A DNA stretch of 64,000 nucleotides from an uncultured virus (IMG/VR IMGVR_UViG_3300028114_000011) (IMGVR_UViG_3300028114_000011:1-64000), one strand, 5' to 3'. Counted from the first letter of the stretch, positions 1 to 8,831 are shown. A program made the numbers and translations. The notes: generated from the sequence alone by a model not told the origin.

Positions 1-240
1 TTTACCACCAAAACCAAAATTTACTTTAACAACCTTTCCTTTGTCGTTTTTGACATACACTTTGAACTTCTTGATGTCTCCTTGCATGATTTTACCAAGT
101 TGAACTTTTCTTCCTTGGTATTCTGCTTCTTGAAGTAAATTAACGTCTTCTACTGAACCATAAATGTCTTCGTAGATGAAGTCATTAGTATTAATGAATT
201 CCTCCATTAAAACCTTCTTTATGATTGTTTCTATATTCAT
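1..240 (-). CDS. Conserved phage protein (DUF6321-like), 3' end outside the window
   Basis: Manual translation from ATG at 240: MNIETIIKKVLMEE...EAEYQGRKVQLGKIMQGDIKKFKVYVKNDKGKVVKVNFGFGGK; TATTTAT motif 4 nt upstream. Confidence 0.7.
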   Translation of the reverse strand, partial: MNIETIIKKVLMEEFINTNDFIYEDIYGSVEDVNLLQEAEYQGRKVQLGKIMQGDIKKFKVYVKNDKGKVVKVNFGFGGK

Positions 241-261
241 ACCTATAAATATCATATAAAC

Positions 262-290
262 AAAAAAAGGTGAAGTCTCCTTCACCTTAA
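262..290 (-). terminator. Intrinsic terminator
   Basis: Minus strand AAGGTGAAG-GAGA-CTTCACCTT followed by a T run. Confidence 0.75.
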
Positions 291-353
291 TTTTGGGTCA
301 ACACGGTTCGTGTCAACATCTCTCCACCACTTTGTTTTTATAGAACAAAGAAA

Positions 354-620
354 CTATCCCTCTAACTTGGATTTAGCAACAACAACTTCCGCCATTGATA
401 CTTCTTTATTTGTTCCCAAAATTAACGATTCTTTTAACATTGCAAACGGTATATGGATTAAAAAATCCTTGCCGTTGAAGGTCGTAAAATCTTCTTTCAA
501 GGATAGGGACGCATGAACCATATTCAAAAATATTTTGAACTGGATTTCATCCACAAAAGTTTCATTTAGAATTTCACCGTGTTTTGGGTGAACAAGAAGT
601 ACGTTTTTTACTGTTGCCAT
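354..620 (-). CDS. Hypothetical protein (probable start MATVKN at 620 rather than 671)
   Basis: ORF 354..671; TACATTTG promoter box at 628-635 just upstream of the internal ATG. Confidence 0.65.
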   Translation of the reverse strand: MATVKNVLLVHPKHGEILNETFVDEIQFKIFLNMVHASLSLKEDFTTFNGKDFLIHIPFAMLKESLILGTNKEVSMAEVVVAKSKLEG

Positions 621-663
621 ATGTTTACAAATGTAATTGTTTTTTTTTAATAAACCAAATTTT

Positions 664-1092
664 TTATTCAATTATCCATTTAATTTTTGATACAGTAAGG
701 TCTTCATAAACATTCATATATTTCAATTCATTATGAATGTAAGTGGTAATTGCATCCCTATATCTTCGGTTCATTCTTTTGACTCCATTAATAAAATCTT
801 GTCTGATATACCAACCGGAATGTTCGTATTCTTCCATATACTGGCTATTTTTGACATCAATTTCAACATCAACTTCATAAACAAATTCTCTTTGATGCCA
901 AGCGTAACCATTTTGGTATTTTCTAATTGAAGTAATTTTTATGGTTGAATTTATTAAAACTCCCCATGAATCAATATACCTATAAGGATGAGGATAACCA
1001 TTAGTTTTTATTTCTAAGGTTTTAACATATTTTTTTATAAACTTGATGTCTTTATCTTTAAGTGCGTATCCTGTTTTATATTTGTTTTCCAT
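664..1092 (-). CDS. Hypothetical protein
   Basis: 142-aa ORF; TATATTTG box at 1097-1104. Confidence 0.7.
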   Translation of the reverse strand: MENKYKTGYALKDKDIKFIKKYVKTLEIKTNGYPHPYRYIDSWGVLINSTIKITSIRKYQNGYAWHQREFVYEVDVEIDVKNSQYMEEYEHSGWYIRQDFINGVKRMNRRYRDAITTYIHNELKYMNVYEDLTVSKIKWIIE

Positions 1093-1123
1093 ACAACAAA
1101 TATACTAAAAAAAATTAATTGCA

Positions 1124-1154
1124 CAAAAAAATGGATAAGAAAAAACTTATCCAT
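1124..1154 (-). terminator. Intrinsic terminator downstream of the large ncRNA
   Basis: Inverted repeat ATGGATAAG (1131-1139) / CTTATCCAT (1146-1154) followed on the minus strand by a T run. Confidence 0.75.
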
Positions 1155-1184
1155 CAAATTTTTTACCGGTGGCTCCATTAAAAA

Positions 1185-2005
1185 AAACGTTGAGATTACA
1201 CGTTTGTTGTGAGAACCTTTAGAGTCATTATTGTTTCTACTCCTATCCACTTTCTTTTGGAAAGTATTTCTCAGTGACGGTCTTTTAGGTTTACCACTCC
1301 TTGAGGTTTGAATTACTCTCATCTTACTTGACTCTTTTTGAGGATGCCTCCCCAATTCGTCCTTGCGGGACTAAAGGTTTTTTGGATAATTACACGTCAG
1401 CTTGGGGCCTTCGTGTGCAATGAACGGCTCATTACTATGTAGTCACCTTTCATCCAAACCTGACGGACACTTTTCCTTAATTTATTTTTAATTGTTATTA
1501 ATCATAATAATAAGTTTTTGTGTTGTGGATTGTCGAAGTAGTGGTCCGCCACCCGAGATGACCTATCTTTTGAACAAGTCAATACTCAACTACTCCGTGA
1601 GATATCCCTACCTCCATATTTCAAGACTACTTCGTGATAGACCTCTTGGTAGAGGTTAATCAAGGTTAATAACGACACCACTCGTACTTTAACATACCTT
1701 TCGGTTTTAAGTATCCTTTAATATTGGAAAACGCAATAATGAAATTGGATAACTTCATGTTTTGCAAATATTCCTACGGGTTATTCCTATTGGTGTTCCC
1801 ACCTCAAACAGACGACCCACATCGCCTAATCACCTAACCACTTTCCCTACAGCGTTGCCCTCGGTACTAAAGGTTAAACGGTATCCCGCTTGTGTACTCG
1901 ACCTCGATTGTCCAAAGACAACCAAGACGCAAACCATCTAACACAAATGATTCACTTTATCCCACTTTCGTGGTTTATTTTAATGGACCATACACGGCCC
2001 ATTGA
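1185..2005 (-). ncRNA. Large structured ncRNA, probably GOLLD family
   Basis: ~820 nt with no credible ORF and higher GC than flanks; GAAA tetraloop hairpins (1962-1973, 1696-1705); long-range helices 1534-1542/1626-1634 and 1214-1222/1371-1379; AU-rich linker ~1475-1520 splitting two domains; size, phage context and remembered sequence features fit GOLLD. Confidence 0.7.
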
Positions 2006-2085
2006 ACTCTTCGTTTCATAAACTTTAAAGAAAAGGGGGTTAATCTTTTATTTCAAATTTTATATGAACAATTTGTTCGTTAGAA

Positions 2086-2097
2086 TTTCAAAGAACG
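2086..2097 (-). promoter_or_regulatory. boxA-like antitermination element
   Basis: Minus strand CGTTCTTTGAAA, resembling rRNA-leader boxA, located between the promoter and the large ncRNA. Confidence 0.45.
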
Positions 2098-2290
2098 AAT
2101 TAATGATATAACTATTGCGGTAATATGTTACACTTACACTTTAAATGTGAAGGACTTCTGCTTTGTTTCATACAGTTAAATGTTTGTCCCGTAGTCACTT
2201 TCCTCACATACAACAGTAGCCCTACGGACCTAGACTGTTTTAATCATCAATATTTCAATTTTTTATTTCGGACGTTTCCGATTTGTTTTA

Positions 2291-2321
2291 CAAATTTAAG
2301 ACATTTATTTCAATCTGTCAA
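2291..2321 (-). promoter_or_regulatory. Promoter of the ncRNA unit (TTGACA-N17-TAAATTTG)
   Basis: TAnnTTTG Bacteroidota-type -7 box at 2291-2298 and TTGACA at 2316-2321. Confidence 0.7.
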
Positions 2322-2338
2322 GTAATTTGTGAACTTTT

Positions 2339-2482
2339 TTAAACATTTTCTACAAAAACTTTTATAGTTCCATAGAATTTAGCTCTTACACTTGCAAAGA
2401 CTTCATTTGAAGTATAAAGTTTTCTTCCTTTATCATCAAAGTAAAAAAAAATCTCTGTAGTGATGATTAAATCTTCACTCAT
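2339..2482 (-). CDS. Small hypothetical protein (47 aa; below ORF-track cutoff)
   Basis: MSEDLIITTEIFFYFDDKGRKLYTSNEVFASVRAKFYGTIKVFVENV, downstream of the promoter at 2531-2561. Confidence 0.6.
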   Translation of the reverse strand: MSEDLIITTEIFFYFDDKGRKLYTSNEVFASVRAKFYGTIKVFVENV

Positions 2483-2530
2483 AATTTTAATTTTTCAAAT
2501 TATACAAAGGGTCGTTTCCCAATTGTTTTA

Positions 2531-2561
2531 CAAATTTAAAACTAATATTCTGATTTGTCAA
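2531..2561 (-). promoter_or_regulatory. Second copy of the TTGACA-N17-TAAATTTG promoter
   Basis: Same boxes and spacing as 2291-2321, offset by 240 nt. Confidence 0.7.
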
Positions 2562-2666
2562 ACAAAACAATAAAAATTTTTTGATTTTTTTGTAATAAAT
2601 ATAAATATATTATACTTCATCAAAAGTTTTATTGTTTTTAAATTTTTTTTCAAATATTTATATAAT

Positions 2667-3023
2667 GTGAAAATTTTAGTTAACGATAACGTTTTTAATT
2701 GTAAAGTTGCGGCAAACTCCGAGTCCATTCAAAAAGGTATGATGGGTAAAAAGTTTGATAGTAATTTTGATGGTATGTTGTTTATGATGCCAGATAAAAA
2801 AAATCAAACGTTTTGGATGTACGATTGTTTAATTCCTTTAGATATTATTATGATTGATGGAAATGTAATAACAAAAATTAATCATAACTGCCCTCCTTGT
2901 AATGACCAAAAAAATTGTGAAATGTTTGAGGGATTTGGAAATATTGTTTTAGAATTGGATGGGGGTATTTGTAAAGAATTGGGAATAAAAGAAGGTGATA
3001 GAATTAAAACTTCCTTATTTTAA
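2667..3023 (+). CDS. DUF192 family protein
   Basis: Motifs QKGMM, GMLF, FWMYDCLIPLDII, VLELDGG typical of DUF192. Confidence 0.85.
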   Translation: MKILVNDNVFNCKVAANSESIQKGMMGKKFDSNFDGMLFMMPDKKNQTFWMYDCLIPLDIIMIDGNVITKINHNCPPCNDQKNCEMFEGFGNIVLELDGGICKELGIKEGDRIKTSLF

Positions 3024-3154
3024 TTTTTATCAATTTTTCTTTGTAGAATATCAATAAATTTATTTCTCATATCAATTACTAAATCATTTATATTTCTAAT
3101 ACCAGATTCTGAAATAAGAAAATTTAGTTGATTTTCTGTGATGATGATTTTCAT
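3020..3154 (-). CDS. 44-aa ORF with MKIIITENQL-type leader; possible deletion remnant
   Basis: MKIIITENQLNFLISESGIRNINDLVIDMRNKFIDILQRKIDKN. Confidence 0.45.
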   Translation of the reverse strand: MKIIITENQLNFLISESGIRNINDLVIDMRNKFIDILQRKIDKN

Positions 3155-3235
3155 ATTAATGAATACCTTGTAAAAATAGAACTTAGTCTTTGTTTTATGT
3201 TATGTAATATATTTATCTAATAAATTGAATAATTT

Positions 3236-3841
3236 ATGAAACTTTTACTCGAAAAAGAATTGTATCTCATAAAAAAAATGATGGGTATAATATTAGAAGA
3301 AGAAGACCCAAAAACAGAAGAAGAGTGCGATAAAAAAAGAGATACCGGTACTAATTGTTATTGGGCTTACAAAAAAAATAAATGTATAACTTGCCCTGAA
3401 GGTCAACGTTTGAGTTATCCATCGGAAGAATGTAGTTCATGTGACCCTGATGATGAGGTATTTGTACCAGGATTTGGTTGTGAAAAAATTTGTGATGATG
3501 ACGAATATTTTAATAGGGACAGTGGTGAATGTGAAAAAATACCACCAGGTAAATTTTATGATGGTAACCAATTACGTGATATTGACGAAGATATTTTAAA
3601 ATTTTGGGATTTAGAAAATGAAAAAAGAGAAAAGGAAGGTAAATCAATATTAAATCCTTACGAAAAACCTGAAAGCGAAGAAGACAGGGAGGATTGGGAT
3701 GAGATTTTTAAAATGGCAAACTTTTTTGTGAATGAAGACAGGATTAACGGTAAAGAAGAGAAAATATCAATCAGAAAATGGAACAAACAGACGGAGAACT
3801 GTTTGAACAATAACACTCGCCCACCAGAGTTTCCATTATAG
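3236..3841 (+). CDS. Cys-rich acidic hypothetical protein
   Basis: 201 aa with ten Cys in short repeats (CITCPEG, CSSCDPD, CEKICDD); TATTTAT upstream. Confidence 0.7.
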   Translation: MKLLLEKELYLIKKMMGIILEEEDPKTEEECDKKRDTGTNCYWAYKKNKCITCPEGQRLSYPSEECSSCDPDDEVFVPGFGCEKICDDDEYFNRDSGECEKIPPGKFYDGNQLRDIDEDILKFWDLENEKREKEGKSILNPYEKPESEEDREDWDEIFKMANFFVNEDRINGKEEKISIRKWNKQTENCLNNNTRPPEFPL

Positions 3842-4684
3842 CTTTTCGTTTTTAATTTCTTTTATTGTTTTAAAATATTCAACTCTTGTTTTTGCAACTT
3901 CACAATAGTTTGGTGATAGTTCTATTCCTAACCATCTTCTACCTAAAACTTCAGCCGCCACCAAACTGGTACCACTTCCTGCGAAGGGGTCTAATACTAT
4001 ATCGTTTTTGTAGGATAATATCTTAATCGCCTTAGTTGGTATGTCCATCGAGAACGTAGCCTTGGTGAGTGACTTAGTATCTGCAAAGTAATTCCACTGA
4101 CCAAACACAAGTTCCATAAACTCTTTCTTATCTTGTTCTTCATACACCACTTTTTTCTTAAAGGTTCCGTCTTCTTGTTCAATATCAGTTGGGACTCCTG
4201 TCCATTGCGGTTGTCCTTTGGTCAATTTTTTTGGACTATTTTTATAAGCTAGTATCAAACACTCTTTCGGGTTATATATGTATGGTTGACTACAATTCAT
4301 CCATGAACCCCAAGCGGTAGTCTTACTTCTATGTGGAGAATCTTCAACTAAATCCACAAGACCGAACCATTTAAATCCTATAGATTTCATTACGTTCCAT
4401 ATTTCAGAAACTATAAAAACTCGGCCACCTCGGTCTTTCAAATTAATCTCGAATGGGATATTTACGCAAATTCTACCATCATCTTTTAAAACTCTAAAAG
4501 CCTGTTCTAACCATTTCTTGGAAAATTCAAGGTATTCTTCCAAATTTGTATTATCATCGTAAACATCATAATTAATGTTAACTGAATATGGCGGGCTGGT
4601 TAAAACTAAATCTATTGAATTTTCAGGAAGTATTTTCATTACTTCAACACAATCCCCATTTATTATTTTTCCTGTTTCTATCAT
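3836..4684 (-). CDS. DNA methyltransferase (N4-C/N6-A family, beta class)
   Basis: LTSPPY catalytic motif N-terminal to the VLDPFAGSGT SAM-binding motif. Confidence 0.92.
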   Translation of the reverse strand: MIETGKIINGDCVEVMKILPENSIDLVLTSPPYSVNINYDVYDDNTNLEEYLEFSKKWLEQAFRVLKDDGRICVNIPFEINLKDRGGRVFIVSEIWNVMKSIGFKWFGLVDLVEDSPHRSKTTAWGSWMNCSQPYIYNPKECLILAYKNSPKKLTKGQPQWTGVPTDIEQEDGTFKKKVVYEEQDKKEFMELVFGQWNYFADTKSLTKATFSMDIPTKAIKILSYKNDIVLDPFAGSGTSLVAAEVLGRRWLGIELSPNYCEVAKTRVEYFKTIKEIKNEKL

Positions 4685-4685
4685 T

Positions 4686-4784
4686 TTAAAATATCATTTT
4701 TACTACTTCATAAACTAATGTCCATACCATTGTCAACCAAACTATGGTAATTGTTGTTGCTACTATTCTATATCTTGTTTTCAT
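4686..4784 (-). CDS. Small membrane peptide (32 aa)
   Basis: MKTRYRIVATTITIVWLTMVWTLVYEVVKMIF fills the gap between adjacent genes. Confidence 0.45.
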   Translation of the reverse strand: MKTRYRIVATTITIVWLTMVWTLVYEVVKMIF

Positions 4785-4786
4785 TT

Positions 4787-5182
4787 TTATACCATATTAA
4801 CTATTATTTGTGCCAATTTATAACCTGTAAATGCTCCTGCCGCCGCTGAGCCAGGTAATACTATAAATTTACCTAATATTGTGTCATACTTTTTCCTATT
4901 TACAATATAAGAAATGAGTATGTAATAAACAATATAGTTGATTAAAACCATAAAGTCCAGTTCTTTTGCAACAAATACAACAACTGAGTTTCCTAAAACC
5001 CCCCACATAAAATTTATTAGAGTTTCTCGAAGTAATTCGTTTGGTGTTGTTATTGCATCTAAGACATTAATCTCTCGATTCAGACTTGATTTTTTGTTCG
5101 ATTGTTTCGATGTGGTGTTCGAGGTACCAGAGAGCTTTTCTGAGGTCCTCAAGTTCTTTATCTTTTCTTTTTTTTCCTGCAC
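4787..5182 (-). CDS. Membrane protein (true start uncertain)
   Basis: Hydrophobic C-terminal half; N-terminal part overlaps the DUF3310 gene. Confidence 0.55.
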   Translation of the reverse strand: MQEKKEKIKNLRTSEKLSGTSNTTSKQSNKKSSLNREINVLDAITTPNELLRETLINFMWGVLGNSVVVFVAKELDFMVLINYIVYYILISYIVNRKKYDTILGKFIVLPGSAAAGAFTGYKLAQIIVNMV

Positions 5183-5302
5183 GTGATATATATTTTACTG
5201 TGTTTCCTAAACTAAATCCTAATTCCCAAGCATCAATTACTTTGATTGCTTCATATGTATTTTCTTCCCTCCGTAGTGTTCAGGGTGATTAACTTGTTCC
5301 AT
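5067..5302 (-). pseudogene. DUF3310 family gene with a 1-nt frameshift near 5266-5272
   Basis: MEQVNHPEHYGG in one frame, continuing in a shifted frame as EENTYEAIKVIDAWELGFSLGNTVKYISRAGKK...EDLRKALWYL; span 236 nt, not a multiple of 3. Confidence 0.75.
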
Positions 5303-6423
5303 TATTCCTCTTCTCTATATTCTTTTAATAATTCATCAGCCGGTCTTGTTCCGTATTTACCATCAATATTTTTAATATCAACTTTAGAATTCATTTTCAT
5401 TGTTATTTCCATAAGTTCTTCAGCAGTATTTAAAGATTTTAAAACTTGATTAACAACTCTATAAGAATCGGCATTTGATGCTGGTCTTCTATCTTCTAAA
5501 TAACCTCTCCAATTTTCAGCAGTTGTTTTAGGAATTCTAATTGATGAGCCTCTATCCCCAACACCGTATGAAAACTTATCAATATTTTGTGTTTCGTGTT
5601 TACCGGTTAATCTCATATTATTATTTGAACCATATTCTTTTATATGGTCTTCGTGTCTTGAACCAAACGTATTAAAAATAGATTGGAAGTATTCGTATCC
5701 ACCTAAACTTCTCATTCTTTCATTTGAAAAGTTTGTATGCATTCCTGAACCATTCCAATCACCAGTAATTGGTTTTGGATGTAATACAATTTCATAGTTA
5801 AAGTTTTCAGACAATCTGTACAAGAAATATCTACTCATCCATAAATCGTCCGCAGCATTTAAACTACCTTTTGAAAATATTTGATACTCCCATTGTCCAA
5901 GAGCAACTTCCGCATTTATACCGGTAATTTCCATACCATATAACATACATAAACGCATATGTTCTTCGGCAAAACTACGACCAACAACATTGTGACCAAC
6001 ACCACAATAGTATTTACCTTGAGGGTCTAATCTAAAACCAGTATCGTGTCCTAAAAATTCATTTGTTTTTTGGTTTTTAATAAAGTATTCTTGTTCAAAT
6101 CCAAACCAAACATCACTTTGGTCTTCTATTTTTGACCTCATATTTGATTCGTGTGGTGTCCCGTCAGGATTTACAACTTCACATAAAACATAAACTCTAC
6201 TATTTTCCAAAGGAAAACTTTTTTGTGAGTAATATTTCACAGGTTTAAGAATCCTATCTGAGTTTTCAGTGTCAGCTTGCATTGTAGATGACCCATCAAA
6301 CCCCCATTCAGGAAATTTAAACTCAATGGAGTTTAAATCCATTTCTTCAACTTTAACTTTACTTCTGAGGTTAGGTTCAGGTAAATAACCATCCAACCAC
6401 ACATATTCTAATGTAACTTTCAT
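5302..6423 (-). CDS. glnII: Glutamine synthetase, type II
   Basis: LEYVWLDG, WGFDGSST, WFGFEQEY, GINAEVALGQWEYQI, GDWNGSGMHTNFS, RLTGKHET, GYLEDRRPASN. Confidence 0.92.
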   Translation of the reverse strand: MKVTLEYVWLDGYLPEPNLRSKVKVEEMDLNSIEFKFPEWGFDGSSTMQADTENSDRILKPVKYYSQKSFPLENSRVYVLCEVVNPDGTPHESNMRSKIEDQSDVWFGFEQEYFIKNQKTNEFLGHDTGFRLDPQGKYYCGVGHNVVGRSFAEEHMRLCMLYGMEITGINAEVALGQWEYQIFSKGSLNAADDLWMSRYFLYRLSENFNYEIVLHPKPITGDWNGSGMHTNFSNERMRSLGGYEYFQSIFNTFGSRHEDHIKEYGSNNNMRLTGKHETQNIDKFSYGVGDRGSSIRIPKTTAENWRGYLEDRRPASNADSYRVVNQVLKSLNTAEELMEITMKMNSKVDIKNIDGKYGTRPADELLKEYREEE

Positions 6424-6602
6424 TTTATTTTATTTATGTAATTTATTATTTGTTCTTTTTTTACTCCTTTTTTATACAAGTTATAGACTTGCATAGAAAA
6501 ATTGTCGGTACACACAATAGCATCCGCTTTTAAGTAGTTTTCAAGATTATGTAGATTATTAAGTATATTTTCTTTTTTTAATACTCTTTTATTAAACCCC
6601 AT
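6420..6602 (-). CDS. Hypothetical protein
   Basis: 60-aa ORF translationally coupled to the glutamine synthetase gene. Confidence 0.6.
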   Translation of the reverse strand: MGFNKRVLKKENILNNLHNLENYLKADAIVCTDNFSMQVYNLYKKGVKKEQIINYINKIK

Positions 6603-6720
6603 TTTGTTTTTTTTCTTTAATGGTTAAATATAACTTTCTAACTTGATTACCTAACTCTGTATCGTTAGGGTATTTTTTTATTAAATTTTTTATTTCTTTA
6701 ACTAATTCTTTTTTTTTCAT
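6592..6720 (-). CDS. Small hypothetical protein (42 aa, YPNDxELG motif)
   Basis: MKKKELVKEIKNLIKKYPNDTELGNQVRKLY...; TTGACA-N17-TATATTTC directly upstream. Confidence 0.55.
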   Translation of the reverse strand: MKKKELVKEIKNLIKKYPNDTELGNQVRKLYLTIKEKKQNGV

Positions 6721-6734
6721 ATTAGAAATATAAA

Positions 6735-7487
6735 TTATTCGCGACTTTTTGTCAAACTAGGTTTACTTAATATTTTGGATTGTTGTATATAATTTAATAT
6801 TTTTCTTTTTGATATTGGAAGAAGAGTTTCGTTAAATGGGAAGTTATTATCGTGATTAACTTTAAAAACAATTATATTTTTGTGGATTAACGGGTCCTGT
6901 AGATTTTTAATTAATGATTTTCTATTTTCAAACAATTCAGGTGATAAGTTGTTATCCTTAACTTCACATATTTTTTTAACTTGACATTTTAAATCTAAAG
7001 TATTTTTTTTGATTTCTTTTATAATGAATTCATATAAAAAGTTTTTGCCATTATTTTCAATAATAAATAAACCTTCTTTTTTATCAAAACTTTTTTGATT
7101 GCTAATAACTGTAAGTGATACGGCATCGTTAACCAATTCCCAAATTGCTTTTGCTTGGTCAAAAAATTCTTGTAATTTTTGTGATGAAAATTTACAAATC
7201 CTATAGACCTCTAAAATGTCTTCTTGGGTCATTAATGGAATGTCTTGGGCTACTAAATCTGAAATTAGTATTTCTTCATCTTTTTCTTTTATTTTTTTGG
7301 TGAGCATTAAAAACTGACCTTTTTGAATCATCAAATTTATGTTTGCCAAATGAAGCGACAAGAATTGAAAATTTGGGTATAACTTAAAGTTGGATAGGTC
7401 TTTATCTATTTTTTGTAGATAACTTAATAAGATGTATTGTTTGTGTTCTAAATCAATAGGTTCTTGAAACGGCCAATTTGTATCCAT
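6735..7487 (-). CDS. Hypothetical protein
   Basis: 250-aa ORF; TTTACA-N17-TACATTTT upstream. Confidence 0.75.
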   Translation of the reverse strand: MDTNWPFQEPIDLEHKQYILLSYLQKIDKDLSNFKLYPNFQFLSLHLANINLMIQKGQFLMLTKKIKEKDEEILISDLVAQDIPLMTQEDILEVYRICKFSSQKLQEFFDQAKAIWELVNDAVSLTVISNQKSFDKKEGLFIIENNGKNFLYEFIIKEIKKNTLDLKCQVKKICEVKDNNLSPELFENRKSLIKNLQDPLIHKNIIVFKVNHDNNFPFNETLLPISKRKILNYIQQSKILSKPSLTKSRE

Positions 7488-7527
7488 ACTAAAAAATGTA
7501 AGAAAAAGTTTCTAACCTGTAAATAAA

Positions 7528-8727
7528 TTAGTCGTATCTAATAATAATAAAATCAAGTCCATTTACATTTAATTCGTCGTGGTCACCATCATAACTTCCA
7601 AATATATTACCCCAACTATCATGGTTAATTATAAAATTAATAACATCTCCTTGGTCGACATAATCCAAAATATCACTCTTATCAAGACCAGTTTCTTTAA
7701 AATAAGATAAAAATTCATCTTCATTATTATCTACCCACATTTCAATAGCCTCTTCAATTTCATTTTCGTCAAAATCACCTTTTGGATTTTCTTTGATGTC
7801 TTCAATAAGTTCTTCTAAATCAGATATTTCTTCTTCCAAACTGTTTTCAGTCTCTTCATCCAAATCTTCGTTATCAATTCTGTATTGTAGTTTAGACATT
7901 TTTTCTTCATAGATTCTAATATAATTTTCTTGTTCTTTTGTAAGTTTTTCTTCTAATCCAAAATCTTCAGGACTATCATACATAGGTCCTTCTATATACC
8001 ATCGTAACCAGTCTCTAACCCTTTCTGAATCAAGGTGGTCTTCCCATACCCAATTTGCAAATGCATCATAACCTAATTCATCAATTCTAGATTCAATAGC
8101 TTCTCGAGCATTTTGTTCAATTGTTCTTGAATCAAAAACTATGTATTCATTTTCCATACCTTCTTCTCCTAACCACGTAAATGATTTACCACCATAATGG
8201 TTATAATTGTTAGGATATAAGTTATATTTGTCTTCCAAAACTATTTCACCGTCTTCTTCAATTTCTTGGGGGTAGTTATTATTTTCTAAGTATTCATATA
8301 AAGCTTCTGTTTGGTAAGATATTAATTTTTTATTATTTATATTCCAAGCGTCTTCTTTTCTTAATTGGTCTAAATAATTGAGTCTTTTTTGTAGTTCTTT
8401 TTGTTTTCTAATAATTTCTCTTCTACTTCCATAGTCTATAATACTTTTAGCTTTATCTTTGTCAAAAACGTCAACGTTAGAATATGATATATCTAAATCA
8501 CCATTTATCTTTGATATTAAATTAAGATTTTGAATGTCTTTATTGTTATTAAGATTCAAATTTCCGTCAATTATAATTTTTTTGTTTCTATATTGAGGTA
8601 ATCTAAGAATATTTGCAACATCATCATTCACATACTTCAATAGTTCTAAAAATTCGCTAGGTGAAATAATTACTTCATCTTGCTCGTTTTCTAAAATTAT
8701 ATTTCTGATAATATTTTTATATGACAT
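7528..8727 (-). CDS. Acidic hypothetical protein with IILE-type leader
   Basis: 399-aa ORF starting MSYKNIIRNIILENE; TATTTAT upstream. Confidence 0.75.
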   Translation of the reverse strand: MSYKNIIRNIILENEQDEVIISPSEFLELLKYVNDDVANILRLPQYRNKKIIIDGNLNLNNNKDIQNLNLISKINGDLDISYSNVDVFDKDKAKSIIDYGSRREIIRKQKELQKRLNYLDQLRKEDAWNINNKKLISYQTEALYEYLENNNYPQEIEEDGEIVLEDKYNLYPNNYNHYGGKSFTWLGEEGMENEYIVFDSRTIEQNAREAIESRIDELGYDAFANWVWEDHLDSERVRDWLRWYIEGPMYDSPEDFGLEEKLTKEQENYIRIYEEKMSKLQYRIDNEDLDEETENSLEEEISDLEELIEDIKENPKGDFDENEIEEAIEMWVDNNEDEFLSYFKETGLDKSDILDYVDQGDVINFIINHDSWGNIFGSYDGDHDELNVNGLDFIIIRYD

Positions 8728-8831
8728 ATTTTATAAATATTACAAAAAAAAGAATTGATTAATTCAAAAAATGATTTAAAGTTTTAAACAAAGATATTTA
8801 TAATAAAATAAACTAATTAAAAATTATAACC

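Noticed and set aside
1035..1355. 106-aa minus-strand ORF
   Set aside because: Overlaps the 3' domain of the structured RNA and runs through its terminator; composition is atypical of the genome's proteins
1185..2005. rRNA, tmRNA, RNase P or group I/II intron identity for the large RNA
   Set aside because: I found no universal rRNA motifs, tRNA-like ends with tag ORF, RNase P P4 signature, or interrupted host gene
2125..2325. 66-aa plus-strand ORF
   Set aside because: Antisense to the promoter and leader of the ncRNA unit; no recognisable protein features
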